Source of the DNA: an uncultured Gemmatimonadales bacterium
GTDB lineage: Bacteria > Gemmatimonadota > Gemmatimonadetes > Gemmatimonadales > GWC2-71-9
Direction: 5' to 3'
Length of the DNA stretch: 64,000 nt
NCBI GenBank assembly: GCA_963779755.1
Contig: CAVZZO010000001.1
Coordinates: 128,001 to 192,000, forward strand
Part shown: positions 9,306 through 18,749 of the stretch, in pieces
How positions within the stretch are numbered: the first letter of the stretch is position 1
Layout of the letters: the number at the start of each line of letters is the position of its first letter
Program-made: the position numbers and the translations under genes
Notes under the pieces: model-generated
The model's input: the letters and a program-made list of their open reading frames with translations, nothing else
What the model was told of the DNA's origin: nothing
Database searches by the model: none

Positions 9306-10630
9306 GACGGCGCCCACGTGGACGTCCCGGCCGGCGGCCGGGTGGCGGCAGGGGCGGGAATCAGGGCGGCAACAGCAGCAGCGGCGGCGGGGGGAGCGGC
9401 GGCCGGGGAAATGGCCGGCCGCCGCGCGAGCGGCGCCACCGGCCCTCCGGCGAAAGCGGGCCCCCGCGCGGCGAGCCGGTCGAGGCGATCGGCGTGCTGG
9501 ACTACGCCGAACGGGAAGGCGGCTTCCTGCGCCGGCGGGAAGTGAGCTATCTGCCCGAAAGCAACGACGTCCGGGTCGACCAGGGGTTGATTCAGCGCCT
9601 CCGCCTGCGGCCGGGCGACGAGATCGTCGGCCGGGCGGTGCAGCCGCAGGGCCGCGGCCGGGCGGCGGTGCTCACCGAGGTGGAGACCGTCAACGGGCAG
9701 GAGCCCGAGGCGATGGCCCGCCGTCCCGATTTCAACCGCCTGGCCGCGGTCCATCCCACCGAGCAGCTGATCCTGGATTTCGGGCTGACCCGCAACGGGC
9801 AGCGGGACTTCACCAACCGGGTGATCGACCTGCTGGCGCCGCTGGGCAAGGGTCAGCGGGCCCTGATCGTCGCGCCGGCCAAGGCGGGCAAGACCATGGT
9901 CCTCCAGGCCATGGCCCAGGGGCTGGGTCGTAACCATCCGGAGACCCGGGTCATGATTCTGCTGGTGGATGAGCGACCGGAGGAAGTGACCGAGATGGAA
10001 GCCTGCGGCTACGGCGAAGTGGTCGCCTCCAGTTTCGATCACCCGGCGGAGCGGCACGTGGCGGTGGCGGAAATCGTCCTGGAACGCGCCCGGCGGCGGG
10101 TGGAACAGGGAGAGGACGTCGTGGTGATCCTCGACTCCATCACCCGGCTGGCCCGGGCCTACAACACGGTCGAGCGCGGCACCGGGCGCACCCTGACGGG
10201 CGGCCTGGACGCGTCGTCGCTGGAAAAGCCCAAGCGGTTCCTGGGCAGCGCCCGCTGCATCGACCCGGCGCAAGGCGGCGGCTCGCTCACCATCATCGGC
10301 ACGGCGCTGGTGGATACCGGGTCCAAGATGGACCAGGTGATCTTCGAGGAGTTCAAGGGCACCGGCAACAGCGAGCTGGTGCTGAGCCGCGAGCTGGCCG
10401 ACCGGCGGATCTTCCCGGCCATCGATCTCAACGCCAGCGCCACGCGCCGCGAAGAGCTGCTGCTCTCGCCCGAGGCGCTGGAAGATTCCCGCGCCGTGCG
10501 ACACACCCTTTCGGGCCTCTCTCCGGTGGAGGCGATGTCCACGCTCATGACGCTCATGCGCCGGACGGAATCCAACGCCGAGCTGGCCAAGGCGCTGCGG
10601 CCCTCCGGGGGCTCGCGCTCCTCGCGATGA
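9302..10630 (+). CDS. rho: transcription termination factor Rho, atypical, with RG-rich N-terminus
   Basis: [14 protein letters not shown]-loop, [37 protein letters not shown] at 9302 overlaps the upstream stop. Confidence 0.92.
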   Translation: MRRRPRGRPGRRPGGGRGGNQGGNSSSGGGGSGGRGNGRPPRERRHRPSGESGPPRGEPVEAIGVLDYAEREGGFLRRREVSYLPESNDVRVDQGLIQRLRLRPGDEIVGRAVQPQGRGRAAVLTEVETVNGQEPEAMARRPDFNRLAAVHPTEQLILDFGLTRNGQRDFTNRVIDLLAPLGKGQRALIVAPAKAGKTMVLQAMAQGLGRNHPETRVMILLVDERPEEVTEMEACGYGEVVASSFDHPAERHVAVAEIVLERARRRVEQGEDVVVILDSITRLARAYNTVERGTGRTLTGGLDASSLEKPKRFLGSARCIDPAQGGGSLTIIGTALVDTGSKMDQVIFEEFKGTGNSELVLSRELADRRIFPAIDLNASATRREELLLSPEALEDSRAVRHTLSGLSPVEAMSTLMTLMRRTESNAELAKALRPSGGSRSSR

Positions 10631-11352
10631 CCCGGCGGCTTCTGCTGCTCAGCAATTCGGTCAACGAAGGCGCCGGCTACCTGGAGCACGCGCTCCCCCA
10701 GGTGGCGGAATTGCTGCGCGGCGTGTCCCGCCTGACCTTCGTGCCCTGGGCGGCCGTCACGATCAGCAACGACGAATACACCGATCGGGTGCGCTCGGCG
10801 CTCGCGCCGCTGGGCGTCACGGTCGAGCCGTTGCATCAGGCGGACGACCCGGCCCGGGCCATCGCCGATGCCGAGGCGATCGCGGTGGGCGGCGGCAACA
10901 CCTTCCACCTGCTGGCCGCGCTGCAGCAGCGGAGCCTGCTGGAGCCGGTGCGCCGGCGCGTGGCCGGGGGGGTGCCCTATGTCGGCTGGAGCGCCGGTTC
11001 TAACATGGCATGCCCCACCATCCGGACCACCAACGACATGCCGGTGGTGGAGGTGGACGGATTCGGCGCGCTGGACCTGGTGCCGTTTCAGATCAATCCG
11101 CACTACACCGACGCCCGGCTACCCAACCATCATGGAGAAACCCGGCCGCAGCGCCTGCTGGAGTTTCTGGCGGCGAACCCCGGCACCACGGTGATCGGGC
11201 TGCGCGAAGGCAGCATGCTCAAGGTGGAAGGCCAGGCCATGTGGCTCCTGGGCCCCCGTCCCGCCACCATCTTCCGCGCCGGCATGCCCCCGGCCGACCA
11301 GGCGCCCGGCGCACGGCTGGACGCGCTGCTCAACGCCGCCCGCGCCGACTGA
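10627..11352 (+). CDS. pepE: dipeptidase E (peptidase S51)
   Basis: LLLSNS, VGGGNTF, GWSAG nucleophile, TIRTTNDMP, QINPHY, HHGETR. Confidence 0.93.
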   Translation: MTRRLLLLSNSVNEGAGYLEHALPQVAELLRGVSRLTFVPWAAVTISNDEYTDRVRSALAPLGVTVEPLHQADDPARAIADAEAIAVGGGNTFHLLAALQQRSLLEPVRRRVAGGVPYVGWSAGSNMACPTIRTTNDMPVVEVDGFGALDLVPFQINPHYTDARLPNHHGETRPQRLLEFLAANPGTTVIGLREGSMLKVEGQAMWLLGPRPATIFRAGMPPADQAPGARLDALLNAARAD

Positions 11353-11379
11353 CCAACCCGGAGGACCAACCGCGGCATC

Positions 11380-11970
11380 ATGACCGAACGGACTCTGCAC
11401 AGCGTTTGTGTGTTCTGCGGATCGCAGGCGGGCGGACGGCCCGCCTACGTCGAAGGCGCCCGGCGGCTGGGCGAGTTGCTGGCCCGGGAAGGCATCCGGA
11501 TCGTCTACGGCGGCTCCAGCCTGGGGCTCATGGGGGCGCTGGCGAACGCGGCGCTGGACCAGGGGGGCACGGTGACCGGGATCATTCCCACCGGGCTGGT
11601 TCAGCGGGAGGTGGCGAACGACCGGGTGTCCGATCTGATCGTGGTCGGCTCGATGCACGAGAGGAAGACCCAGATGTCGGAACTGGCCGACGGGTTCATC
11701 GCCCTGCCGGGCGGCCTGGGCACGCTGGAGGAATTCTTCGAGATCCTGACGTGGGCGCAGCTTGGCATTCACGACAAACCCTGCGGGCTGCTCAATCTGG
11801 AGGGATACTTCGAACCGCTGATTGCGTTCCTCGATCGGGCCATGGCGGAGAAGTTTCTTCTCCCCAGGTACCGCGCGCTGCTGCTGCAGGAGAGCGACCC
11901 GGGAGCCCTGCTCGGGCGGATGCGCAGCTACGAGCCGCCCGAGGTGGAGAAGTGGCAGAGCCGGACCTGA
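11380..11970 (+). CDS. LOG family nucleotide monophosphate phosphoribohydrolase
   Basis: VCVFCGS, VYGG, MHERK, PGGLGTLEE. Confidence 0.92.
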   Translation: MTERTLHSVCVFCGSQAGGRPAYVEGARRLGELLAREGIRIVYGGSSLGLMGALANAALDQGGTVTGIIPTGLVQREVANDRVSDLIVVGSMHERKTQMSELADGFIALPGGLGTLEEFFEILTWAQLGIHDKPCGLLNLEGYFEPLIAFLDRAMAEKFLLPRYRALLLQESDPGALLGRMRSYEPPEVEKWQSRT

Positions 11971-12014
11971 GCACGGCCGTCAAACGGAAGGTATACGGCA
12001 GCGCCCCGCACCGC

Positions 12015-12680
12015 TCACGCGTTACGTGGCACCGTTCCATCGGTTGTTCCGTCCCAGCCTTCGAGTTCCTCTCTCGCCGGTAATACCTCCCGTGTGTACT
12101 GCGCCGCCAGCTGCTCGCCCGCCACCAGCGCCTGCACCCGCCGGTAGACCGCGTGGCCCACGGCCAGCGGGAGAGTGAACTCGCGGATGTAATAGGCCGC
12201 GACCTTCTCCGCCGGCATGGTGCCGTGCAACAGGCGCACCAGGCGCATCGCGTTGCTCACGTGGGTCTGCAGAATGGCTTCCTCGGCCCGAGCGCCTACC
12301 AGCCGGGCCAGCTGCAGGGTCGTCTCCCGGTGCTCCCGGCGCCGGCGTCCCACGGTGTAGATCCGGTGGGGGAGCAGGAAATCGAACCCGCTCAGCACCG
12401 GCTGGGGAATCCGCGCCGGCAGGCAGGCGAGGTCAATACCCAGCAAGGTCCGGCTCCGCACGACCTCGCGCATGGTATCGGGCACCGCACCCACCCGGAG
12501 GTACAACTCCAGGGCCTCCAGCACGGTGATCCGGCTGGCAAATTCCTGGATGAAGGGCACCGCCTGAGAGCTGTGGGTGTCCACCAGCGCCTCCCAGGCG
12601 CTGGCCAGAGCAATCCTGGCCTGCGTCCGCAGGATGCGCGGAACTTCCCGCACCGACATGCGGCTGGGAAACGGAGCCAT
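12015..12680 (-). CDS. hypothetical protein, internally duplicated helical domain (paralog B)
   Basis: Similar over its length to 4033-4671; start chosen by alignment with paralog A. Confidence 0.8.
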   Translation of the reverse strand: MAPFPSRMSVREVPRILRTQARIALASAWEALVDTHSSQAVPFIQEFASRITVLEALELYLRVGAVPDTMREVVRSRTLLGIDLACLPARIPQPVLSGFDFLLPHRIYTVGRRRREHRETTLQLARLVGARAEEAILQTHVSNAMRLVRLLHGTMPAEKVAAYYIREFTLPLAVGHAVYRRVQALVAGEQLAAQYTREVLPAREELEGWDGTTDGTVPRNA

Positions 12681-12963
12681 GAGTGATGTCCTGCGAGTGC
12701 AGAGTATTGCTCTTGGACTTCGATTTATACACGCCTTCAACATTAGAGCGGCGTGACCACTCCTAAACTATGTGTCGGCCACGGCAACGCAACACTAAAG
12801 AATTCGTACAGATGTTGATAAAAACTGCGGGGTGGCCGCAGCCGCTTGCCGCGACGGGGTTTAGGGAGATGGAAAATGACCGATAATTTGACACTTCAGG
12901 AACTGCCATCCCGTCTCCGCGCCGGCCCAGGGGGCCCGGAGGGTCGCGCTCGGGCGAGGCGCG

Positions 12964-15147
12964 CTAGGCCGCGGCAGCGCTTGAGGGATAGTACCGCTCG
13001 CCCCGATCGGCCATTTCCACCAGCACCGGCGCCGGGGTGAAGCGAGCGCCATAGCTCGCGGCCAGCTCGCGCAGGGTTCGCACCACATTGGCGGCGCCCA
13101 GCTCGTCGATCAGCCGCAGCGGCCCGCCGCGGAAGGGGGGGAAGCCGATGCCGAAAATCGCGCCTATGTCGCCGTCGCGGGGGGAGCGTACCACGCCTTC
13201 GCCCACGGCCCTGGCCGCTTCGTTCAGCATGCTGTAGACCAGGCGCTGCTCGATGGTGGCGGGGCTGTTCCGCTGTTGCGGCTCCACCCCGATCACCCGA
13301 TAGACGCTCTGGTCCACCCCTTCCTTGTGGCCGCCCCTGTAGGTGTAGAAGCCCCGGCCGTTCTTGCGGCCCAGGCGATTGTCGGCCAGCAGGCGCTGGA
13401 CCACCGGATTGGGCTGCAGCCGTTCCCCGAACGCCTGGTGCATCACCTTGCCGGCTTTTTCGGCGACGTCCAGTCCGACTTCGTCCAGGAGCGCGATGGG
13501 CCCGACCGGAAAGCCCCACCGGGTCAGGGTGCGATCGATCAGGTCGATGGGCGTGCCTTCGGACAGGAGTAGCCCCGCTTCGTTCATGTAGGGCGACAGG
13601 ATCCGGTTCACCCAGAAGCCCGGGCGGTCCTGCACCACGATCACCGTTTTCCCCAGCTTCTTGCCGAAATCGACGGCGGTGGCAATGGTCGCGGGCGCGG
13701 TCCGGTCGGTCGCGATGACCTCCAGCAGGGGCATCTTTTCCACCGGGGAAAAGAAGTGCATGCCCAGCACCTGCTCCGGCCGGACGGAGCGCTGGGCGAT
13801 CTGGCCGATGGGAATGGTCGAGGTATTGGTGGCGAAGATGGCGCCCGGGCGCAGCACACTTTCCACCTCGCTCAGTACCTGCTGCTTCAGATTGAGATCT
13901 TCGAAGACCGCCTCGATGACCAGGTCGGCGGAGCGCACCGTATGCCAGTCCACCGCGCCGCTCAGCAGCGCCGCCAGCCGCTGGTACTCCCAGCGGGTGA
14001 TCCGGCGCCGCTTCAGCCGGCCGCGCAGAATCCCCAGCGCCGCGTTCATGCCCTTCCCCACCCGCGACAGCTCGGTATCCTTGAGGCCGACCTGGACTCG
14101 CGCGGTGCTGATCGCCACCCCGGCGATGGCGGCGCCCATGAACCCCGCGCCGATCACGCCCAGCCGGTCGATCTGGCGCGGCTCGGCGCTGCCGGGCGGC
14201 ACCCCCGCGTCCTTCTTGAGTGCCGTGGTAGCGAAGAAGAGTTGCACCAGCCGGCGCGAAACCTCGGTCATCGCCAGCTGCCCGAACTTCTGGTGTTCCA
14301 CCACCAGTCCGCGGCGCATGCCTTCTTCCATGCCGGTGCGAACGGCCTCCAGCGCCGCCAGCGGAGCGGGATAGTGCCCGCCGGTCTTCTTGAGTACCTG
14401 CTTCCTGGCCTGGCGATACACCAGCCGCCGTCCCAGAGGCGTCCGGTCCAGCAGCGTGCCGACCAGCCCCCCCTTGGGCTTCCGCCGGACGCGCTCGCCT
14501 CCCGCCAGCCGTTCCGCCGCGCGCACGGCGATCTCCCGCAAGATGGGCGGCGGCACCAGCTCATCCACCATGCCCAGCCGGTAGGCCCGGGCCGCGGACA
14601 CACTCTTCCCCGCCAGGATGATGTCCAGCGCGGCGCTGACGCCGATGAGTCGGGGGAGGCGCTGGCAGCCGCCGGCGCCGGGGAGAATACCCAGCTGGAT
14701 TTCCGGCAGGCCCAGGGACGTCCTGGGGTGATCGGTGGCCACCCGGTAGTCGCAGGCCAGCGCCAACTCGAGGCCGCCGCCCAGGCAGGTGCCGTGGATC
14801 GCGGCGACCACCGGCTTGGGAAACTCGTCCAGCCGGTTGAGCATCTCCTGCCCTTCGCGGCTCAGCCGTTCCGCTTCCGCCGCGCTGGCGAGGGCCACGA
14901 ACTCTTCAATGTCAGCGCCCGCAATGAACATGTCCGGCTTGCCGGAGATGATCACCAGCGCCCGCACGGTGCCGTCGTCGCGCAGGCGGGCCAGCGCATG
15001 CTCGAATTCTTCCTTGACGGCGGCATTGATCTTGTTCACCGGCTCGCCGGGCAGGTCCAGGGTAAGAAAGGCGAGGCCGTTTTCGTTGCTGACGGTGAGC
15101 GCTGCCACGGGTCCTCCAGAAACTCCGGCATCCGCACGCGAGGTCAA
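12964..15147 (-). CDS. fadJ: fatty acid oxidation complex alpha subunit (enoyl-CoA hydratase / 3-hydroxyacyl-CoA dehydrogenase)
   Basis: FIAGADI, GGGLELAL, LPEIQLG, GAGFMG, EAVFE, GMHFFSP. Confidence 0.92.
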   Translation of the reverse strand: MTSRADAGVSGGPVAALTVSNENGLAFLTLDLPGEPVNKINAAVKEEFEHALARLRDDGTVRALVIISGKPDMFIAGADIEEFVALASAAEAERLSREGQEMLNRLDEFPKPVVAAIHGTCLGGGLELALACDYRVATDHPRTSLGLPEIQLGILPGAGGCQRLPRLIGVSAALDIILAGKSVSAARAYRLGMVDELVPPPILREIAVRAAERLAGGERVRRKPKGGLVGTLLDRTPLGRRLVYRQARKQVLKKTGGHYPAPLAALEAVRTGMEEGMRRGLVVEHQKFGQLAMTEVSRRLVQLFFATTALKKDAGVPPGSAEPRQIDRLGVIGAGFMGAAIAGVAISTARVQVGLKDTELSRVGKGMNAALGILRGRLKRRRITRWEYQRLAALLSGAVDWHTVRSADLVIEAVFEDLNLKQQVLSEVESVLRPGAIFATNTSTIPIGQIAQRSVRPEQVLGMHFFSPVEKMPLLEVIATDRTAPATIATAVDFGKKLGKTVIVVQDRPGFWVNRILSPYMNEAGLLLSEGTPIDLIDRTLTRWGFPVGPIALLDEVGLDVAEKAGKVMHQAFGERLQPNPVVQRLLADNRLGRKNGRGFYTYRGGHKEGVDQSVYRVIGVEPQQRNSPATIEQRLVYSMLNEAARAVGEGVVRSPRDGDIGAIFGIGFPPFRGGPLRLIDELGAANVVRTLRELAASYGARFTPAPVLVEMADRGERYYPSSAAAA

Positions 15148-15161
15148 GCGCCGCTCAGAGG

Positions 15162-15212
15162 AGGCGTGAGAGGTCAGGCGTGATGCCGGGACGCCTGACG
15201 CCTCACGCCTCA
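15162..15212. repeat. heptamer-based inverted repeat (AGGCGTG / CACGCCT) between fadI and fadJ
   Basis: aggcgtgagaggtcaggcgtgatg ... acgcctgacgcctcacgcctca. Confidence 0.7.
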
Positions 15213-15241
15213 GGAACCAACCTGCCGGGAGCCGTCACGAC

Positions 15242-16537
15242 TCAGCTCCGTTCCAGCACCATCGCAAAGCCCATCCCCCCCTGGGCGCAGATGGAGATGA
15301 GCCCGAACTGGACGTCCTTCCGGACCATCTGATTGGCCAGCGTGGTCACCAGCCGGCCCCCGGTGGCGCCGAAGGGGTGCCCGATGGCGATAGAGCCGCC
15401 CATGAGGTTGGTGCGGTCCCAGTCCACCTCGCCCACGGGCTCGCTACGGCCCAGTTTGCGAGCCCAGTCCCGGGAGGCCCAGGCCTGCTCGTTGGACAGC
15501 ACCTGGGCGGCGAACGCCTCGTGGATTTCCACCAGTCCCAGCTCGCCCCAGGTAATGCCCGCGCGGTCCAGCGCCGTGGGAACGGCATAGGCGGGGCCCA
15601 TCAACAGCTGCCAGCCGGGATCGACCGCCGCCACGGCGTAGCTGCGGATATAGGCCAGCGGCCGGAGCCCCAGCGCCTGCGCTTTTTCTTCCGCCATCAG
15701 CAACACGGCCGAGGCCCCGTCGGTGAGCGGCGAAGAGTTCCCGGCGGTGACGGTGCCGTATTTCCGGTCGAACACCGGCCGCAGCCGGGCCAGCTGCTCC
15801 AACGAAGTGTCGGCCCGGATACCGTTGTCGCTGGTGGTCACCTCGGTCATGTCGCGGCCCCCGAACCAGGGCGCGATCTCGGCGGTGAGCCGCCCGTCGG
15901 CGGTGGCGGCCGCGGCCCGCTGGTGGCTCATCAGCGCGTAGCGATCCTGCGCTTCGCGCGAGATGTGGTTTTCCTTAGCCATCTTCTCGGCCGATTGCCC
16001 CATGGTCTCGCCGGTAGACGGCTCGGCGATGGCGGGTGTCACCGGCACCAGATGGCGGGGGCGGATCTTGCCGAAGGCCGAGAGCCGCGCGCCCAGGGTC
16101 TTGGCCTTGCCCGCTTCCATCAGGACGCGGCTCATCGCCCGCGAATGAAGAATGGGAATATCGGAGAGCGATTCGACACCGCCCGCGAGGATGACATCGG
16201 CGTTGCCCAGCACGATCTGGTCGTGGCCGTTGGTGACCGCGCTCGCGCCCGACGCGCAGGCCCGGTTGAGGGTGTAGGCCGGCACCGATGGAGGTAGCTG
16301 GGGCAGCAGGCTCACCTCGCGGGCCACGTTGGGCGTCAGCACGGAGGGAACCACCTGGCCCCAGATGACCTCGTCGATTTCGGCGCCGTCCACGCCGGTG
16401 CGCAACAGCAGCTCGCGCGCGGCATAGCGCGCCAGCTCGACGCCGGGGGCGTCCTGCAAGACCGTCCCGCTCCTGGCAAAGGGAGTACGAACGCCCGCGA
16501 TAATGGCGGCGCGGCGTCCGGGAGGAGGCTTGAGCAT
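15242..16537 (-). CDS. fadI: acetyl-CoA C-acyltransferase (3-ketoacyl-CoA thiolase)
   Basis: NRACASG, HEAFA, GHPFGATG, CAQGG; adjacent to fadJ. Confidence 0.92.
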   Translation of the reverse strand: MLKPPPGRRAAIIAGVRTPFARSGTVLQDAPGVELARYAARELLLRTGVDGAEIDEVIWGQVVPSVLTPNVAREVSLLPQLPPSVPAYTLNRACASGASAVTNGHDQIVLGNADVILAGGVESLSDIPILHSRAMSRVLMEAGKAKTLGARLSAFGKIRPRHLVPVTPAIAEPSTGETMGQSAEKMAKENHISREAQDRYALMSHQRAAAATADGRLTAEIAPWFGGRDMTEVTTSDNGIRADTSLEQLARLRPVFDRKYGTVTAGNSSPLTDGASAVLLMAEEKAQALGLRPLAYIRSYAVAAVDPGWQLLMGPAYAVPTALDRAGITWGELGLVEIHEAFAAQVLSNEQAWASRDWARKLGRSEPVGEVDWDRTNLMGGSIAIGHPFGATGGRLVTTLANQMVRKDVQFGLISICAQGGMGFAMVLERS

Positions 16538-16541
16538 GCTG

Positions 16542-17117
16542 TTAAGTTCTCACAGCGTGGGAGCCGGGCGCGGCACCGGGATCGGCGCGTTCCGCTACCA
16601 CGGCCGCGACCGCGCGCCATCGCTCCGCATCCACCGGCTCGAACACTTCCCGCCCGTGGAAGATCTCCAGCGGTGCGACCAGCGAAGCGAGTTCGCCCGG
16701 GTGCAGCAGGTGATCGTCGCTGACCGGCCCCCAGCCGAAGTCGCGCTGGGTAACCAGGAAGGTCTCCATCATGAGCAGCCCTCCCGGCGCAACGCAGTCG
16801 ATGATCTGCGGCATGCGCGCACGGTCAAGATAATTGAACACCAGAACCGCATCAAAAATCCCGAGCTCCGGCCACGGCTTTGCGAGGTCTGCCTGGCGCC
16901 AGTCGATCTCAAACCCGGCGGCGGTGGCATGCGACCGCCCCAGCTCCAGCCGGGACGGGTCGCTGTCGACCGCGACCACGCGGGCTCCCCGCTGCGCCGC
17001 CGCCAGCGCGTGGCGGCCTTCGCCGCAGGCAAGATCCAGCAGCCGCATGCCCGGCTGGATCAGAAACTCGTGCCAGGCATACCAGGTGCTGGGGCGCGGC
17101 AGGGGAGGAGGGAGCAC
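16542..17117 (-). CDS. class I SAM-dependent methyltransferase (TehB-like)
   Basis: LLDLACGEGRH motif I, VAVD, ADL, FDAV...NYL, PGG; start uncertain. Confidence 0.8.
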   Translation of the reverse strand: MLPPPLPRPSTWYAWHEFLIQPGMRLLDLACGEGRHALAAAQRGARVVAVDSDPSRLELGRSHATAAGFEIDWRQADLAKPWPELGIFDAVLVFNYLDRARMPQIIDCVAPGGLLMMETFLVTQRDFGWGPVSDDHLLHPGELASLVAPLEIFHGREVFEPVDAERWRAVAAVVAERADPGAAPGSHAVRT

Positions 17118-17123
17118 GGGACA

Positions 17124-18749
17124 GTGACCTCGCTACGAGCGACGCTGAAGGACCTGAAAGGGCGCCCCGCCGACCTTCTGGTGATCGGGGGCGGCGCCAC
17201 GGGCGCGGGCATCGCCCGCGATGCGGCCATGCGCGGCCTGCGTACGGTGCTGGTGGAGCAGAACGATCTCGCCTTCGGCACCAGCTCGCGCTCCAGCAGG
17301 CTGATCCACGGGGGACTGCGCTATCTGGAACAAGGCGACCTCCGGCTGGTGTTCGAGGCCAGCCATGAGCGCCGTATTCTGCTCGATACGGCGCCGCACC
17401 TGGTGCGGCCCATGGGGTTCCTCTTCCCGGTCCACCGCCAGGGCCGCGGGTTTTTCCTGCGGCTGGCCGCGGGCATGTGGCTGTATGACGCGCTGGCGCT
17501 GTTCCGGAATGTGCGGGGGCACCGGATGTTGGGCAAGCGTGCGGCACTGCAGGCCGAGCCGGCCCTGCGCGCGCGGGATCTCATCGGTGCCGCGCGCTAC
17601 TACGACGCGCAGTGCGACGATGCCCGCCTGGTCGTGGCCACCGCGCGCAGCGCCCAGATGCACGGCGCCCTGATCGCCACCTACACCCGGGTGGAACAGC
17701 TGGAAGTGGTGGACGCGCGCGTCCGCGGCGCCCGGGTGGAGGACCGCCTGAGCGGCGAACGCGGGCTGGTCCGGGCCCTCACGGTGGTGAACGCCACCGG
17801 CCCCTGGACGGATTACGTCCGGCGGCTCGAGTTTCCCCATGCCGAGCCCCTGCTCCGGCCCACCAAGGGCGCCCACGTGGTGGTCCCCCGCGAGCGCCTG
17901 GGCAACCGTGAGGCCCTCACCATCACCAGCCCGATCGACGGCCGGATCATGTTCGTGCTCCCTTGGGGCGGCCTGTCCATCATCGGGACCACCGACACCG
18001 ACAGCGGGGTGAGCCCCGACAGCGTGGCCGTCGATATCTCCGACACGGTATACCTGCTGCGGTCCGCCAATGCCTATTTCCCCAACGCCCGGCTCACCGA
18101 GAGCGACATCCTGGCCACCTGGGCCGGCCTGCGGCCTCTCCTGGCCGGAGGCAGCAAGCCGGCGTCGCAAGTCTCGCGGGAGCACCGCATTCTCCAGGGT
18201 CCCTCGGGCATGTGGACCATCGCCGGCGGGAAGCTCACGACTTATCGCCGCATGGCCCAGGAGATGGTCGACCGGGTGGCGCACGAACTGCGGCACACGT
18301 TCGGGATGAAAACGCCGCTGGGGCCCTGCCGCACCGACCGCGAACCGCTGCCGGGCGGTGAGGCCCGCGACCTCGGACCCTTCCGCCAGACGGGGCTCGA
18401 ACTGGGGCTCGACCCGCGAACGGTCGACCACATCGTGGCGCACTTCGGCACCGAAGCCGCCGCGGTGTACAACCTGATCCGGGAGGATCGCGCCCTGCGG
18501 GCGCCGGTGCACCCCGACCACCCCGCCCTGGGCGCCGAGATCGTCCACAGCGTCCGGCGGGAGCTGCCCCAGACCGTAGCCGACATGCTGGTCCGCCGCC
18601 TCCACCTGTATTACGAGACGCCGGATCACGGAGCCGCCGCCGCGGAACCGGCGGCGGCCCTCATGGCCGCCGACCTGGGCTGGAGCCCGGAAGAGACCCG
18701 CGCGCATGCGGAGCGATACCGGGCGTTTCTCCAGCAGGGACACCCCTGA
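17124..18749 (+). CDS. glpD: FAD-dependent glycerol-3-phosphate dehydrogenase
   Basis: IGGGATG, GTSSRSSRLIHGGLRYL, NATGPW, GTTD, AGLRPL, GGKLTTYR; GTG after GGAGG. Confidence 0.9.
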   Translation: MTSLRATLKDLKGRPADLLVIGGGATGAGIARDAAMRGLRTVLVEQNDLAFGTSSRSSRLIHGGLRYLEQGDLRLVFEASHERRILLDTAPHLVRPMGFLFPVHRQGRGFFLRLAAGMWLYDALALFRNVRGHRMLGKRAALQAEPALRARDLIGAARYYDAQCDDARLVVATARSAQMHGALIATYTRVEQLEVVDARVRGARVEDRLSGERGLVRALTVVNATGPWTDYVRRLEFPHAEPLLRPTKGAHVVVPRERLGNREALTITSPIDGRIMFVLPWGGLSIIGTTDTDSGVSPDSVAVDISDTVYLLRSANAYFPNARLTESDILATWAGLRPLLAGGSKPASQVSREHRILQGPSGMWTIAGGKLTTYRRMAQEMVDRVAHELRHTFGMKTPLGPCRTDREPLPGGEARDLGPFRQTGLELGLDPRTVDHIVAHFGTEAAAVYNLIREDRALRAPVHPDHPALGAEIVHSVRRELPQTVADMLVRRLHLYYETPDHGAAAAEPAAALMAADLGWSPEETRAHAERYRAFLQQGHP

